Positions 8,713 to 18,534 of a DNA stretch of 34,799 nucleotides are shown piece by piece (positions within the stretch are counted from its first letter, which is position 1; each line of letters opens with the position of its first letter). The DNA is taken from the sequence record DRR723986_6171; one strand, 5' to 3'. Below the pieces are notes generated by a model. It worked only from the letters and a program-made list of their open reading frames with translations, had not been told where the DNA came from and ran no database searches. The position numbers were made by a program, and so were the translations under genes.

Positions 8713-10712
8713 CGGTCGGCGCCCCCAAGACGGCTGCGCAGATGCTGCAGCTGTTCATCACGGGTGGCAAAATCGGGTGCGCGGGTGTCGTTTTGCAAAA
8801 GCGCGATGACCTGGTCTACGCCAATTACGCCGAGGTCCTCCCCCTCTCTGCTACGTACGGCAACGGTACCGGCTTGACACTCGCGCGCGCCGGCGACGAG
8901 CAGGAATGGCACGCGAGCCAGTGTTTGTTCGCGAATCTTGTAGCCGATCTTTTCATTTCGTATGTCTGCTTTTGCCCGAATGCCGCTGTGGCAGAGTAAT
9001 TGTGCTACATCTGAGGCGTAGCTGGCGTTGTCGTCACTAATGGAGAGAACGGCAGCCTGAACCGGGGCCAACCACGGTGGTAGTTTCCCTGCGTGGTGCT
9101 CGATGAGTATGCCCAGGAAGCGTTCGAGTGACCCAAATAGTGCTCGATGCAGCATAACGGGGCGCTTGCGTTGGCCATCTTCATCAACATATTCGATACC
9201 GAAGCGCTCGGGCAAATTCATATCGACTTGCAGGGTGCCGCACTGCCAATCACGCCCGATGGCATCGCGAAGGACGAACTCCAGTTTGGGTCCGTAAAAT
9301 GCGCCTTCGCCGGGGTTAAGCTGGTGATCAAGCTCCATACTATTGAGCGTTTCCTGCAAGGTGTTTTCCAGAATATCCCAGCTCGCGTCGTCGCCCATAC
9401 GGTTTTCAGGCCGCGTAGAGAGTTTGATTGCGATATCGTCGAAGCCAAACTGACGGTAAATGTCTAATACCAGAGAGATGATCTCCCGACACTCGGCTCC
9501 TAGCTGCTGTGGGGTACAGTAGATATGGGCGTCGTCTTGAGTGAAGTGTCGTACTCGCATTAGCCCGTGTAGTGCACCAGAGGGTTCATAGCGATGAACC
9601 TTACCGAACTCGGCCATGCGAATGGGCAGTTCCCGATAGCTCTTTAGCCCGTGGCGGTACAAAAGAACACTTCCTGGGCAGCTCATAGGCTTCAGGGCGA
9701 GCTTGCGTCCATCTTCCGTTTCCGTGGTAAACATATTGTCGCGGTAGTTCTGCCAATGGCCAGACACCTCCCAAAGATGGCGGTCCATAACATCGGGTGA
9801 ATTAATTTCGACATAGCCCGCGTTCTGTTGGCAGCGGCGCATATAGTCAATGAGTTGCTGGAATACCGTCCAGCCGTTGGGGTGCCAAAACACGGCACCA
9901 GGGGCGTCCTCGTCAAAGTGGAACAGGTCCAGCTCTCGCCCCAATTTTCGATGGTCGCGCTTTGCGGCTTCCTCGATGCGTTGTAGGTAACGCTTCAAAC
10001 TTTTTTTGTCGGCCCAAGCCGTGCCGTAAATCCGTTGTAGTTGCTCATTGTTTGCGTCGCCGCGCCAGTAGGCGCCAGAGATTTTGCTTAGTTTGAAGTG
10101 CTTAAGGAAGCGTGTGTTCGGGACGTGGGGGCCGCGACACATATCGACGTATTCTTCATGGAAGTACATGCCCATTTGCGATTCATTGGGCATATCGTCG
10201 ATAAGGCGCAGTTTATAGTCTTCATTGCGCTCGTCGAAGATTTGAATAACTTCTTCGCGCGGCAGCACTTTTTTCACAACGTCGTAATCTTTTGCGATCA
10301 AATCTCGCATGCGTTGCTCAATGGCGTCTAGGTCCGCTGATGTGAAGGGGCGCTCATAGGCAATGTCGTAGTAAAAGCCGTCGTCAATGACTGGCCCAAT
10401 GACCATCTTTGCCTCGGGGTAAAGTTGTTTGACGGCGTGACCGATTAAGTGCGCACAGCTGTGCCGAATGACGTTAATGCCTTCATCGGTATTTGCCGTT
10501 ATCACCTTCACGCTGGCGTTGTCAGTAATTGGGTCCAAAGCGTCTACCAGACTGCCATTGACCAGACCTGCGACGGTATTTCTAGCCAGACCTGGGCTGA
10601 TTGACGCCGCGATATCGAGTGTCGATGTCGGGCATGGAAAATGATGTTGCGAGCCGTCGGGCAGCGTTATTGTAATTGGGGTATTGTCTGGTTTCTCGGT
10701 GGACACATTCAT
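8709..10712 (-). CDS. thrS: Threonine-tRNA ligase (paralog, not linked to infC)
   Basis: TGS domain, RHSCAH editing motif, [35 protein letters not shown], anticodon-binding domain. Confidence 0.97.
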   Translation of the reverse strand: MNVSTEKPDNTPITITLPDGSQHHFPCPTSTLDIAASISPGLARNTVAGLVNGSLVDALDPITDNASVKVITANTDEGINVIRHSCAHLIGHAVKQLYPEAKMVIGPVIDDGFYYDIAYERPFTSADLDAIEQRMRDLIAKDYDVVKKVLPREEVIQIFDERNEDYKLRLIDDMPNESQMGMYFHEEYVDMCRGPHVPNTRFLKHFKLSKISGAYWRGDANNEQLQRIYGTAWADKKSLKRYLQRIEEAAKRDHRKLGRELDLFHFDEDAPGAVFWHPNGWTVFQQLIDYMRRCQQNAGYVEINSPDVMDRHLWEVSGHWQNYRDNMFTTETEDGRKLALKPMSCPGSVLLYRHGLKSYRELPIRMAEFGKVHRYEPSGALHGLMRVRHFTQDDAHIYCTPQQLGAECREIISLVLDIYRQFGFDDIAIKLSTRPENRMGDDASWDILENTLQETLNSMELDHQLNPGEGAFYGPKLEFVLRDAIGRDWQCGTLQVDMNLPERFGIEYVDEDGQRKRPVMLHRALFGSLERFLGILIEHHAGKLPPWLAPVQAAVLSISDDNASYASDVAQLLCHSGIRAKADIRNEKIGYKIREQTLARVPFLLVAGARECQAGTVAVRSREGEDLGVIGVDQVIALLQNDTRAPDFATRDEQLQHLRSRLGGADR

Positions 10713-10754
10713 TCTCAGTGTTCTCTTATAACGAGTGATTTCTTTACGTATTAG

Positions 10755-10979
10755 CTACGGTTCGCCCAGTTCTGACTTGGCTTTTTTGAACCAATTTAGC
10801 GTCCGAATTCGCTGAGCCTCGCCGTAGAGTTGAACGTATTTCTTGGTCATATAGTCTTTCGGCTCATTCAGTGCCTCGATGCGCGCGTCGATGTATTTGC
10901 GAGTAAGCGCTTGATCGCAAAGCACCGTAATACAGTGGTGCCATTGCTCGTAGGTTTGCGGGATCAGTGGTGTATCCAT
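10755..10979 (-). CDS. Hypothetical 74-aa protein with WHHCITxxC motif
   Basis: Co-directional inside the operon with short gaps to queD-like and thrS. Confidence 0.75.
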   Translation of the reverse strand: MDTPLIPQTYEQWHHCITVLCDQALTRKYIDARIEALNEPKDYMTKKYVQLYGEAQRIRTLNWFKKAKSELGEP

Positions 10980-11022
10980 TTACTGTGGGCCTCGAAAAAT
11001 GCTTCTGCTCACCGAAGTTGGG

Positions 11023-11604
11023 TCAGCAGGTACGGGGGTTTACGCGTTTTCTGCCGAGTTTCAAGCGGGTAAATAGTTCGGGGTCATGCCAGTCTGCAAC
11101 GACGGCTGGCGAGAAGTGGATGTCGTCAATATGGATGCGCCCCATGGCTTCATTCACTACGTCCTCCCGAAAACACTGGGCATAACCGGTTTCAGTTTCG
11201 TGGACGATGACTGACTGAAGCCACACTTGGGGTTCGCCGTTGACCATCTCCGCGAGTCCCAATGAGGTATCAGCAAGGAGAAAAAACAATCTAGAAAATT
11301 GCTCAGCACTGGGTGATACAGGAATCTGCACCCAGCGTTCGGAATGGGCTTTCATCGCCTGGATGTATTCCGGATTGTCACCGGACCACAAGGTAATTGA
11401 ATGATCGAATGCATCGACTAAATCGCGCACATTGCCTTTGAGTAAGCCGAAGTCATACACCATTTGGCCGTTGTCAAAGGCGTGGGCCTCTAGAATAAAT
11501 TCCACCTTGTACGAATGACCGTGGATTGAGGAGGCGCATCGCTTAGTCGTACACCCTCGCACGATATGGGCATTCTCAAATTTGAATAATTTTCGGATTA
11601 GCAT
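11023..11604 (-). CDS. queD: 6-carboxytetrahydropterin synthase, QueD2-like (6-pyruvoyl-tetrahydropterin synthase family)
   Basis: FKFENAH, CxxxxC..IHGHSY, DFG, DH, PSAE, VHETETG. Confidence 0.85.
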   Translation of the reverse strand: MLIRKLFKFENAHIVRGCTTKRCASSIHGHSYKVEFILEAHAFDNGQMVYDFGLLKGNVRDLVDAFDHSITLWSGDNPEYIQAMKAHSERWVQIPVSPSAEQFSRLFFLLADTSLGLAEMVNGEPQVWLQSVIVHETETGYAQCFREDVVNEAMGRIHIDDIHFSPAVVADWHDPELFTRLKLGRKRVNPRTC

Positions 11605-11792
11605 CGACGGTGATCACCGTACTGGTTGTTATCGCGATGTTGATGGCCGTGGTAGAGCCCTGCATCGCTGATGGCTACTGGTTCGACGAGTGCGGGGTGT
11701 CTGGACATTGCGCGTAGAGCCGCGCCTGTAGCCTTGTGAGGAGAGCCGGAGAGTAAGGTCTTTGCGGAGCCGTCTGGGGGAATTGAACTCAC
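11598..11792 (-). CDS. Small 64-aa ORF with His-rich tail; microprotein or gene remnant
   Basis: GTG start overlaps the folE2 stop (GTGA) and its stop overlaps the queD start (ATGCTAA); exactly fills the gap. Confidence 0.45.
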   Translation of the reverse strand: MSSIPPDGSAKTLLSGSPHKATGAALRAMSRHPALVEPVAISDAGLYHGHQHRDNNQYGDHRRC

Positions 11793-12703
11793 AGATCATC
11801 CTCGGCGCTGTCGCTTGCCCATGCCACCGCGTCGTGCGGATGCAGGCTCTCCAAGTGCCTGACATGTACCTTTGGGCTGTTATAGCGCGCCCGTAGTGCG
11901 GACTGTGTTCGGCGAGCGGCATCCTCTACAAACATCAGGTTCTGACCATTCAATGCGGCGAATGCTTGCTCATCCTCGCGCTTCACCGCCGTTTGCACGG
12001 GTGTAGCCAGTGCTCGCTCTACATCATCGATCAGCGTTAGTAATCCCAGGGTGCTTGAGTCCTCGCTAATGCTAACGGATATATCCGCCTCACTGCGTTG
12101 GCTGTGCGGGGTGGCGAGTGTGGCATGGTCTCTTAGCCAGCTCGCGGCGGTGGCCGTGTCAATGTGGTCGCGATCTTTGAATGCGCGTGTAAATCCCTGT
12201 TCGACCAATTGGCGTGACAACGCTGCAGAACACGGACAAGTTGAGGAATATTCCACGGTGGCGTGTAGACGGAGCGAAAATACCTTGTCGATCAAAGAGG
12301 CATCTAAACGTATTGGGTAGGACTTCCAGCCGGCCAAGTCGTCGGTCACTAATGCTGATCGACGTGTTAATAAATTGAAACACAGGCTAAGCCGAGCGCC
12401 CGCGCTTTCGCAGTCGCTGTGACTGTCGATCATAGCCTGGAGCTGAGCTCGCAGGCGCGTTGGTGTTAGTGGTTCTGTTTCCCCTAGGTCGTCCAACAGC
12501 CGATATAGGCGTGACATATGAATGCCTTTGACGTGAGGTGACGGCAAGTCCACCTGAACATCTGCACGCGCATGTAAGGTCCGCCGATAGTCGGCCTCGT
12601 CGATCAAAATGGGTAGGTCGATACCTTGCATACCCACCCAGTCCAGTGGGCTGGAGTCTGTCAAAATTTCAGATGTTGAAACATCGGGTAATACTGCATT
12701 CAT
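11789..12703 (-). CDS. folE2: GTP cyclohydrolase IB (Zn-independent FolE2)
   Basis: [54 protein letters not shown]. Confidence 0.95.
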   Translation of the reverse strand: MNAVLPDVSTSEILTDSSPLDWVGMQGIDLPILIDEADYRRTLHARADVQVDLPSPHVKGIHMSRLYRLLDDLGETEPLTPTRLRAQLQAMIDSHSDCESAGARLSLCFNLLTRRSALVTDDLAGWKSYPIRLDASLIDKVFSLRLHATVEYSSTCPCSAALSRQLVEQGFTRAFKDRDHIDTATAASWLRDHATLATPHSQRSEADISVSISEDSSTLGLLTLIDDVERALATPVQTAVKREDEQAFAALNGQNLMFVEDAARRTQSALRARYNSPKVHVRHLESLHPHDAVAWASDSAEDDL

Positions 12704-12756
12704 ACGTTGGGGAGGTCCTAAATTGGCATGATCTTCAAAGGAGGTGGCGCTCTATT

Positions 12757-13158
12757 TCATTTGCGTAGGTGCTTTTCAAACGTCTCCTGGCGCTCTTTCG
12801 CTTCAATACAGAGTGTTGCTGTGGGCCGCAGTAATAACCGAGGCAGACCTATCGGGTCGCCGGTCTCTTCACACCAGCCGTACTCGCCGCGTGCGATTAA
12901 GTCCAAGGCGTGATCGATTTTGTCGAGAAGTTTTTTTTCTCTCTCAAGGAAGCGGAGGTGGGCATGACGCTGCTCTTCGGTGCTGCCAATATCCGCTGGA
13001 TCACTGCTCGGTTCGAATTTCCGAAGCCCATCAAATTCCTCTTCTAGGCGCTGCTGCAGTTCATGGCGTTGTTTGCGAAGCAAGTCCCGAAAGAAAGCCT
13101 GTTGCTCTTCGTTCATATACGCGTCGTGCGGTTGCTGCAGTAGTTCTGTCTCCGTCAT
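12757..13158 (-). CDS. dksA: RNA polymerase-binding protein DksA, Zn-free DksA2 type
   Basis: YMNEEQ, coiled-coil tip DPAD, CxxT-x17-CxxA (CEET...CIEA) in place of the four-Cys zinc finger. Confidence 0.93.
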   Translation of the reverse strand: MTETELLQQPHDAYMNEEQQAFFRDLLRKQRHELQQRLEEEFDGLRKFEPSSDPADIGSTEEQRHAHLRFLEREKKLLDKIDHALDLIARGEYGWCEETGDPIGLPRLLLRPTATLCIEAKERQETFEKHLRK

Positions 13159-13186
13159 ATGAATGCGCCTTCTTTAATTTGCGTAG

Positions 13187-14407
13187 TTATTGTGGCCAGC
13201 CGGGAAGTGGGTTCGCCCAGGTTTCCCAGACGCGGGGGCCAAAGGCCATTTCGTCATCGTTGAGCAAACATTCGTCGAAGCGGTTTCGCAGCGCGTCCTC
13301 ATTCATGTCCATACCTATCAGTACTAACTCTTGACGAGCGTCGCCGACCTTTTCGTCCCATTTAGATAAGATGATGGCGACGGTTTCCGGGTCTTCGGGC
13401 CAGTTTTCACTCGGCATGGCGGCCCACCAGTACCCCGCAGGGCCATGCCGTGCTACCGCACCAGCCTGAGACCAGGAGCCTGCTAAAGTAGGGTGGCTGG
13501 CTAGCCAGAAATAGCCTTTCGAGCGAACTACGCCGGGCCATTCGCTATTTACCAGTTGGTGAAATCGTTGAGGGTGGAAGGGGCGGCGAGCGCGGTAGAC
13601 AAAGTTGCCAATACCGTACTCTTCGCTTTCCGGTTTGTGTGTGCCGCGAAGTTCTTGCAACCAGCCGGGGGCCTGGGAGGCGTCATCGAAGTCGAAGATA
13701 CCGGTATCCAGCACGCGCGCTAGTGGCACTTTTCCGAAGCTTGCGGTTTCAATGCGAGCGCGTGGATTGAGTCGATGGAGTATTTCGATTAACTGATCAC
13801 GTTCATTGTCAGTGACCAAATCTATCTTGTTGAGCACGATTACGTCGCAGAATTCGACTTGCTCTATTAGAAGGTCGACAACAGTGCGCTGATCGTCTTC
13901 TCCAAGCGACTCTCCGCGCGCTTGAAGACTGTCTCTAGAACTATAGTCGCGGAAGAAGTTAAGCGCGTCGACAACGGTTACCATGGTGTCCAGTTGCGCC
14001 ATTTCATTTAAGCTGCGGCCGTCTTCCCCCTCGAAGGTAAAGGTTTCCGCGACAGGTAGGGGTTCGGAAATTCCGGTGGACTCAATTACAAGCTGGTCGA
14101 ATCGACCGAGCTTTGCGAGGCGTTCAACCTCTATCAATAGGTCCTCTCGCAACGTACAGCATATGCAACCATTGCTCATTTCCACCAGCTTCTCGTCTGT
14201 GCGTGCTAACTCCGTACTGCCGGCCCTTATAAGCTCAGCATCAATATTGACTTCTGACATGTCGTTGACGATTACCGCCACTTTCCGACCTTCACGATTG
14301 TTTAAAATGTGGTTCAGTAAGGTGGTTTTGCCAGCACCCAGAAAGCCAGACAGCACGGTGACGGGTAGTTTCTTCAGTTCTTCGGTACGCGATGTTGTGA
14401 TACTCAT
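13187..14407 (-). CDS. zigA: COG0523/CobW-family zinc metallochaperone GTPase (ZigA-like)
   Basis: [10 protein letters not shown] Walker [24 protein letters not shown], CobW_C domain. Confidence 0.93.
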   Translation of the reverse strand: MSITTSRTEELKKLPVTVLSGFLGAGKTTLLNHILNNREGRKVAVIVNDMSEVNIDAELIRAGSTELARTDEKLVEMSNGCICCTLREDLLIEVERLAKLGRFDQLVIESTGISEPLPVAETFTFEGEDGRSLNEMAQLDTMVTVVDALNFFRDYSSRDSLQARGESLGEDDQRTVVDLLIEQVEFCDVIVLNKIDLVTDNERDQLIEILHRLNPRARIETASFGKVPLARVLDTGIFDFDDASQAPGWLQELRGTHKPESEEYGIGNFVYRARRPFHPQRFHQLVNSEWPGVVRSKGYFWLASHPTLAGSWSQAGAVARHGPAGYWWAAMPSENWPEDPETVAIILSKWDEKVGDARQELVLIGMDMNEDALRNRFDECLLNDDEMAFGPRVWETWANPLPGWPQ

Positions 14408-14749
14408 AATTGGACTCTAAATAGCGCCTGTTTCCGCTAGGGTTTTACGTTGTTGGCTGACGTGTACCTGCACTTGTCATAGGTTGTGGTTTCGTCGCTC
14501 CAGATCGAAATTCCGCGGCATTACGGCGCGAGCAAACAGCCCCCACATTGAGGTCGTCATATCTGAGGAGCAGTTACTGACTGCCAGGGCGGCGGCAGGG
14601 CTACACCTAAAATGCGGTGCCGCCGCCTAGCGTAAAGCCCTTGGTTGACGTATCCACCCAAAACGCTTCAAGCCGGTCATCCGCTTTCCCAGACCCAGTG
14701 CCTGCTGTTTAAGGGCTTGATAAGTCAAAGAGCCTCACCCTCTATCGGC

Positions 14750-14772
14750 AAAACGATATGATATAACATATC
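14750..14772. promoter_or_regulatory. Zur box
   Basis: Minus strand GATATGTTATATCATATCGTTTT, 18/23 match to the gammaproteobacterial Zur consensus GAAATGTTATAWTATAACATTTC; upstream of a typical Zur-regulon operon. Confidence 0.8.
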
Positions 14773-15072
14773 ATTTAACAAGGGCATTATTCGAGTACTT
14801 TCGTCATTTGCGTACTCGCTGAGGTGATGGAATGTAGCCCGATTGTGGTATTTCAGTGGCGGGCGTGGGGCTTCATAGGTAGTGCTATTCACGGCGTCTG
14901 GGTCATCACCGCAGCAGAGCGCACCAGCGGTGTTGAGTGCAAACTCGGATGCGCCGTTCGCCCAGTGTGTGATGGTTCGGTCATTCGTGTAGACGTTAGT
15001 ATCGCGTTCAGCTGTGTTTTGTTAGATTAAAGGGCGTATCTCCTCTCGGTTTTGACCCGCAATAGGTTGCTA

Positions 15073-16074
15073 ATGACTTCGTATATTTCGAACCCAGACG
15101 CTCTAGAAGCCCTTGTAGGGAAAAGCTCGCCGGTCATTGACCTAAAGGTCATCGATTATTTGGATGAACACGCGATGGCGTGGCTACACAGTTCGACGTT
15201 CGCAGGTGTGGCATTTGCGGGAAAGGGCGAGCCTCCAGTGCTGACGATTGCCGCAGGGGTGGCTGGCTTCGCGGTGCCAACGACTCCCAACGAGCTGACT
15301 ATCCCCTCGGAGGCGCTGGATGAATTTAATGGCGTTGAGGAAGGTGCCGGTGTCGCGACTATCTTTTTTGTGCCGGGCCTCGGCGAGACGCTACGCATCA
15401 ATGGCGAGCTTTTGTCGGCGAGTGATGCCGCGCTACATATTCGTATTACAGAGTGCTACCTTCACTGCGCTAAGGCATTGATCCGCTCCGAGTTTTGGTT
15501 AGGCAATGCGCCATCGCCTGACGATCAAACGCCACTTGCCGCGTGTCCTTTTATGTTGTTTGCCACGGAGCACGCGGACGGAAGTGTGGATCTTAGCCCA
15601 AAAGGCGACCCTGCTGGTGCATTGTTCCTAACGGAGGGTGATGACTGCGTATATATTGCTGACCGGCCCGGGAATCGCCGTATGGACGGTCTCAAGAACA
15701 TCCTTTCAAACGCGATGGTATCGGTGCTGGGTCTTTACCCTGGGCAGAACTTAACTGTCAAATTTGCCGGCGCAGCCCGGCTGCAGGCAGACGAAACCGT
15801 GTGTGAAAGGCTCGCCGTAAAGGGGCGAACGCCGAAGTTGTTAATCGAGGTGTATCACAAAGGCATTGTCTGCAAGAACAACCAGGCGCTCTCTAATGCG
15901 CAGCTGTGGCCGGCATCATCAGCGCCGCCAACACTACGCCCCGCGGAAATATTGTCGGCGCATATCAAGCTAAACAAGGCCCGAGGCGTGTCGGCGTCGT
16001 TGGCTAAATTTATAGTCACTCCCAAGGCGGTCGAAAAAGGGCTCAAGCAAGACTATAAAAAGAACCTGTATTGA
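15073..16074 (+). CDS. Pyridoxamine 5'-phosphate oxidase-like FMN-binding protein with tandem split-barrel domains
   Basis: F.VPG.GETLRING and YLHCAKALIRS in domain 1; DLSPKGDP and DRPGNRRMDGLKNI in domain 2; ATG 15073 preferred over TTG 15052. Confidence 0.8.
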   Translation: MTSYISNPDALEALVGKSSPVIDLKVIDYLDEHAMAWLHSSTFAGVAFAGKGEPPVLTIAAGVAGFAVPTTPNELTIPSEALDEFNGVEEGAGVATIFFVPGLGETLRINGELLSASDAALHIRITECYLHCAKALIRSEFWLGNAPSPDDQTPLAACPFMLFATEHADGSVDLSPKGDPAGALFLTEGDDCVYIADRPGNRRMDGLKNILSNAMVSVLGLYPGQNLTVKFAGAARLQADETVCERLAVKGRTPKLLIEVYHKGIVCKNNQALSNAQLWPASSAPPTLRPAEILSAHIKLNKARGVSASLAKFIVTPKAVEKGLKQDYKKNLY

Positions 16075-16132
16075 TACGACTTGATTGTGGGCGAGTGTGC
16101 TGAGGCTTCGTATCGATTGCGTGTGATTTTGC

Positions 16133-16147
16133 TTTGCAGAATGCAAA
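16133..16147. promoter_or_regulatory. LuxO-type enhancer box 1
   Basis: TTTGCA-GAA-TGCAAA perfect dyad about 125 bp upstream of a sigma54 -12 element. Confidence 0.7.
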
Positions 16148-16251
16148 AAAGGCCGTCGCATTATCAGGTTTGCGGTTCATCTCCCTAGTGGCACACGGTG
16201 TATACACCTCCATACATGCGTGAGGCGCCTATTTCCGTCAGTGTATAAAGA

Positions 16252-16267
16252 TGGCCTGGCTTTTGCT
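16252..16267 (+). promoter_or_regulatory. sigma54 promoter of the flippase gene
   Basis: TGGCCTGGCTTTTGCT, GG-N10-GC spacing. Confidence 0.65.
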
Positions 16268-16313
16268 GAGTAAACGCACCAGTCTTTTATTCGCGGTGTT
16301 TCAGGGCAAGGGC

Positions 16314-17561
16314 ATGAAATCAGCAAGCAATTTTCGGCGTAATCTCAGTTGGCTGGCAACCGGCGAACTGATGGTTCGCGTGTCGCGATTGATCACGACA
16401 CTCATCCTGGCTCGCTGTTTGAGTTTGCAGGACTACGGACTCGCGGCGCTCGCGCTAGCGACCGCGGAGATTGTGAGAATTCTTGCTGCCAATGGCATTG
16501 GCAACCTAATCGTCAAAGCTGAGGAGCACAAACTGGGGCGGGTTTCGCAGACGGTGTTTTGGCTTAACCTGTCTATCGGCATCGCGATGTTTGCGCTGCA
16601 GTTTTTCCTCGCCCCCCTTATCGCCGACCTTTACCAATCTCCCGTTTTGGCCTCGCTGTTAAAGGCGCTGGCATTTAGTCACTTAATTTACCCCTTTGCG
16701 ATGGTTCAATTTAACCTCTTACAGCGTGATAGCCGCATGAAGGAAGCGGGTCTGATTATGGGGGCCACGGTGACAATGGATAACTTGATCAGTGCCGCAC
16801 TGGCGCTGAGCGGATTCGGTGTCTGGTCCGTCATTTGGCCCAAGTTATTTGCCGCTGTGGTGTGGGTAGTGGCGATTAATCGGCGTATCCGCTGGGTGCC
16901 CAAGCTGCAATTTTCATTGCAGGAACTGGTGACCGCGCGACGCTATTCCGGAGGGGTATTGCTCGCAGAGTGCTTAAAAAACGGCCGCGGTCAATTTGAC
17001 TTATTTATCCTCGGCCGCCTGTTACCAGCTGACCTGTTTGGGCTTTATGCCTTTGCGCGCAATGCCGGTCTGGGAATCAGTCTGTCGCTGACAAACAGCT
17101 TTAATACGGCCTTGCTGCCGAAACTGTGTGATACCCGTCGCGAGGGTGGCGCACTGGAGCCGAGTTATTACGCAAGTTTAAAAACGGCGATGCGACTCAT
17201 CGCGCCAGTGATTCTTTGCCAGGCACTATTGGCGCCGTTATACGTGCCGTTACTGTTCGGCGAGAAATGGGCGCCAGCCAGTGTGCTTGTTGCGCTTTTG
17301 TGTCTGTCGGCGGTTCCTCGAATGGTGTTTGAGTCTGCCAGTATGTATTTTCGTGCGGCTGACAACTTACGCAGTGAAAATCACATTGCCGTGGCCTTCA
17401 CCGCGCTGTTTTGTGCGGTGATCGCGGCGTCGAGTTTTCTGGGAGCGCAAGCCGTCGCCCTGGCGATGATTATTTGCTATCTCGGCGGCGCGTGGGCGGT
17501 ACTCGTGATGATACACCGCGCACCTCGCGGTGTTATTCGCGCGCCCTTATCTGCCGCATAG
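16314..17561 (+). CDS. wzx: Wzx oligosaccharide flippase
   Basis: Polysaccharide-synthesis family topology (LAR.LS..DYGL, many TM helices); start moved to ATG 16314 because ATG 16251 overlaps the sigma54 promoter. Confidence 0.88.
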   Translation: MKSASNFRRNLSWLATGELMVRVSRLITTLILARCLSLQDYGLAALALATAEIVRILAANGIGNLIVKAEEHKLGRVSQTVFWLNLSIGIAMFALQFFLAPLIADLYQSPVLASLLKALAFSHLIYPFAMVQFNLLQRDSRMKEAGLIMGATVTMDNLISAALALSGFGVWSVIWPKLFAAVVWVVAINRRIRWVPKLQFSLQELVTARRYSGGVLLAECLKNGRGQFDLFILGRLLPADLFGLYAFARNAGLGISLSLTNSFNTALLPKLCDTRREGGALEPSYYASLKTAMRLIAPVILCQALLAPLYVPLLFGEKWAPASVLVALLCLSAVPRMVFESASMYFRAADNLRSENHIAVAFTALFCAVIAASSFLGAQAVALAMIICYLGGAWAVLVMIHRAPRGVIRAPLSAA

Positions 17562-17635
17562 CGCCACTGCGCTCGGCGTGCTTACCCCGTCTTTTATTTT
17601 CCCCTGATGATCGTCGCTTTAGCCGGCAAGCTGCC

Positions 17636-17648
17636 TTGCAAAATGCGA
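17636..17648. promoter_or_regulatory. LuxO-type enhancer box 2
   Basis: TTGCA-AAA-TGCGA (1 mismatch), followed by an AT-rich IHF-like tract (AAACATGCAGTTA, 17705-17717). Confidence 0.65.
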
Positions 17649-17732
17649 ATAGCTTTGCAGTAGCGGTAAAGTTTTTTAGCGATGATTTTTAAAATTGTTA
17701 ATAAAAACATGCAGTTAATTTAATTTTTTGTT

Positions 17733-17748
17733 TGGCATAGCGGTTGCA
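17733..17748 (+). promoter_or_regulatory. sigma54 promoter of the sugar transferase operon
   Basis: TGGCATAGCGGTTGCA, near-consensus -24/-12. Confidence 0.8.
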
Positions 17749-17785
17749 ATTTCCCTGGAAAGCGAACACCAATGGGGTAATTGAT

Positions 17786-18475
17786 ATGCAAGCAATAAAG
17801 AATCAGGTCTCCAGTGCCTACCTAATTTTTATTTCCAGTCTGTTCATGCCCGCCGGGTTATCTCTGCGGAAATTTCTACGCAGTGGTTATAAGCGTAGCT
17901 ACGACATTGTATTAAGTGGCGGATTGCTATTGCTGCTGTCACCGCTACTCGTCGTTACAGCGGCGGCCATTCTTTTTGAAAGCCGCGGCCCAATTTTCTT
18001 CCGTCAGCAGCGTGTCGGAAAGAATGGCGAGCAGTTTTCAATTTATAAGTTTCGGTCGATGTGTACTGACAGAGCACTGCATAGACAAGTGGAATCAATG
18101 TCAGGTGACCGGGATGGTATCTGCAAGAAATTCGTAAACGACCCTCGCGTGACACGGGTAGGGCAGTTTATTCGCAAATACTCAATCGATGAGTTACCGC
18201 AGCTGATTAATGTACTGCGCGGCGAAATGTCGATGATCGGTCCGCGCCCGGCACTGCCTGCAGAAGTGGCTCAATACAGCGAGTATCAGCGCGGACGTTT
18301 GAAGGCATTACCTGGAATTTCAGGCCTATGGCAGGTGTCTGGCCGAGCGGATTTGAATTTTGATCAGCAGGTGGAGCTGGATCTGCAGTATATCCGCCAA
18401 CAAAGCCTAGCCACTGATTTGCGAATAGCGTTGAAAACGGTACCCGCAGTGTTGTCGGGAAGCGGAGCGTATTGA
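17786..18475 (+). CDS. Priming sugar transferase (monotopic phosphoglycosyl transferase, Bac_transf family)
   Basis: KRSYD, RVGKNG, YKFRSM, DPRVTRVG, SIDELPQL.NV, GPRP, PGISGLWQV; start ATG 17786 lies downstream of the promoter. Confidence 0.93.
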   Translation: MQAIKNQVSSAYLIFISSLFMPAGLSLRKFLRSGYKRSYDIVLSGGLLLLLSPLLVVTAAAILFESRGPIFFRQQRVGKNGEQFSIYKFRSMCTDRALHRQVESMSGDRDGICKKFVNDPRVTRVGQFIRKYSIDELPQLINVLRGEMSMIGPRPALPAEVAQYSEYQRGRLKALPGISGLWQVSGRADLNFDQQVELDLQYIRQQSLATDLRIALKTVPAVLSGSGAY

Positions 18476-18534
18476 AGAGCGGGCCGTCGGGTATCTGCCC
18501 GGCACTGCCAGTAATAGTGAATGAGGAACCAGCG

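Noticed and set aside
12744-14420. Long plus-strand ORFs (196 aa, 145 aa) over dksA and zigA
   Set aside because: Antisense to well-supported genes, no recognisable motifs
16189-16204. TGGCACAC as a sigma54 -24 element
   Set aside because: No GC at the -12 position; 16252-16267 has correct spacing
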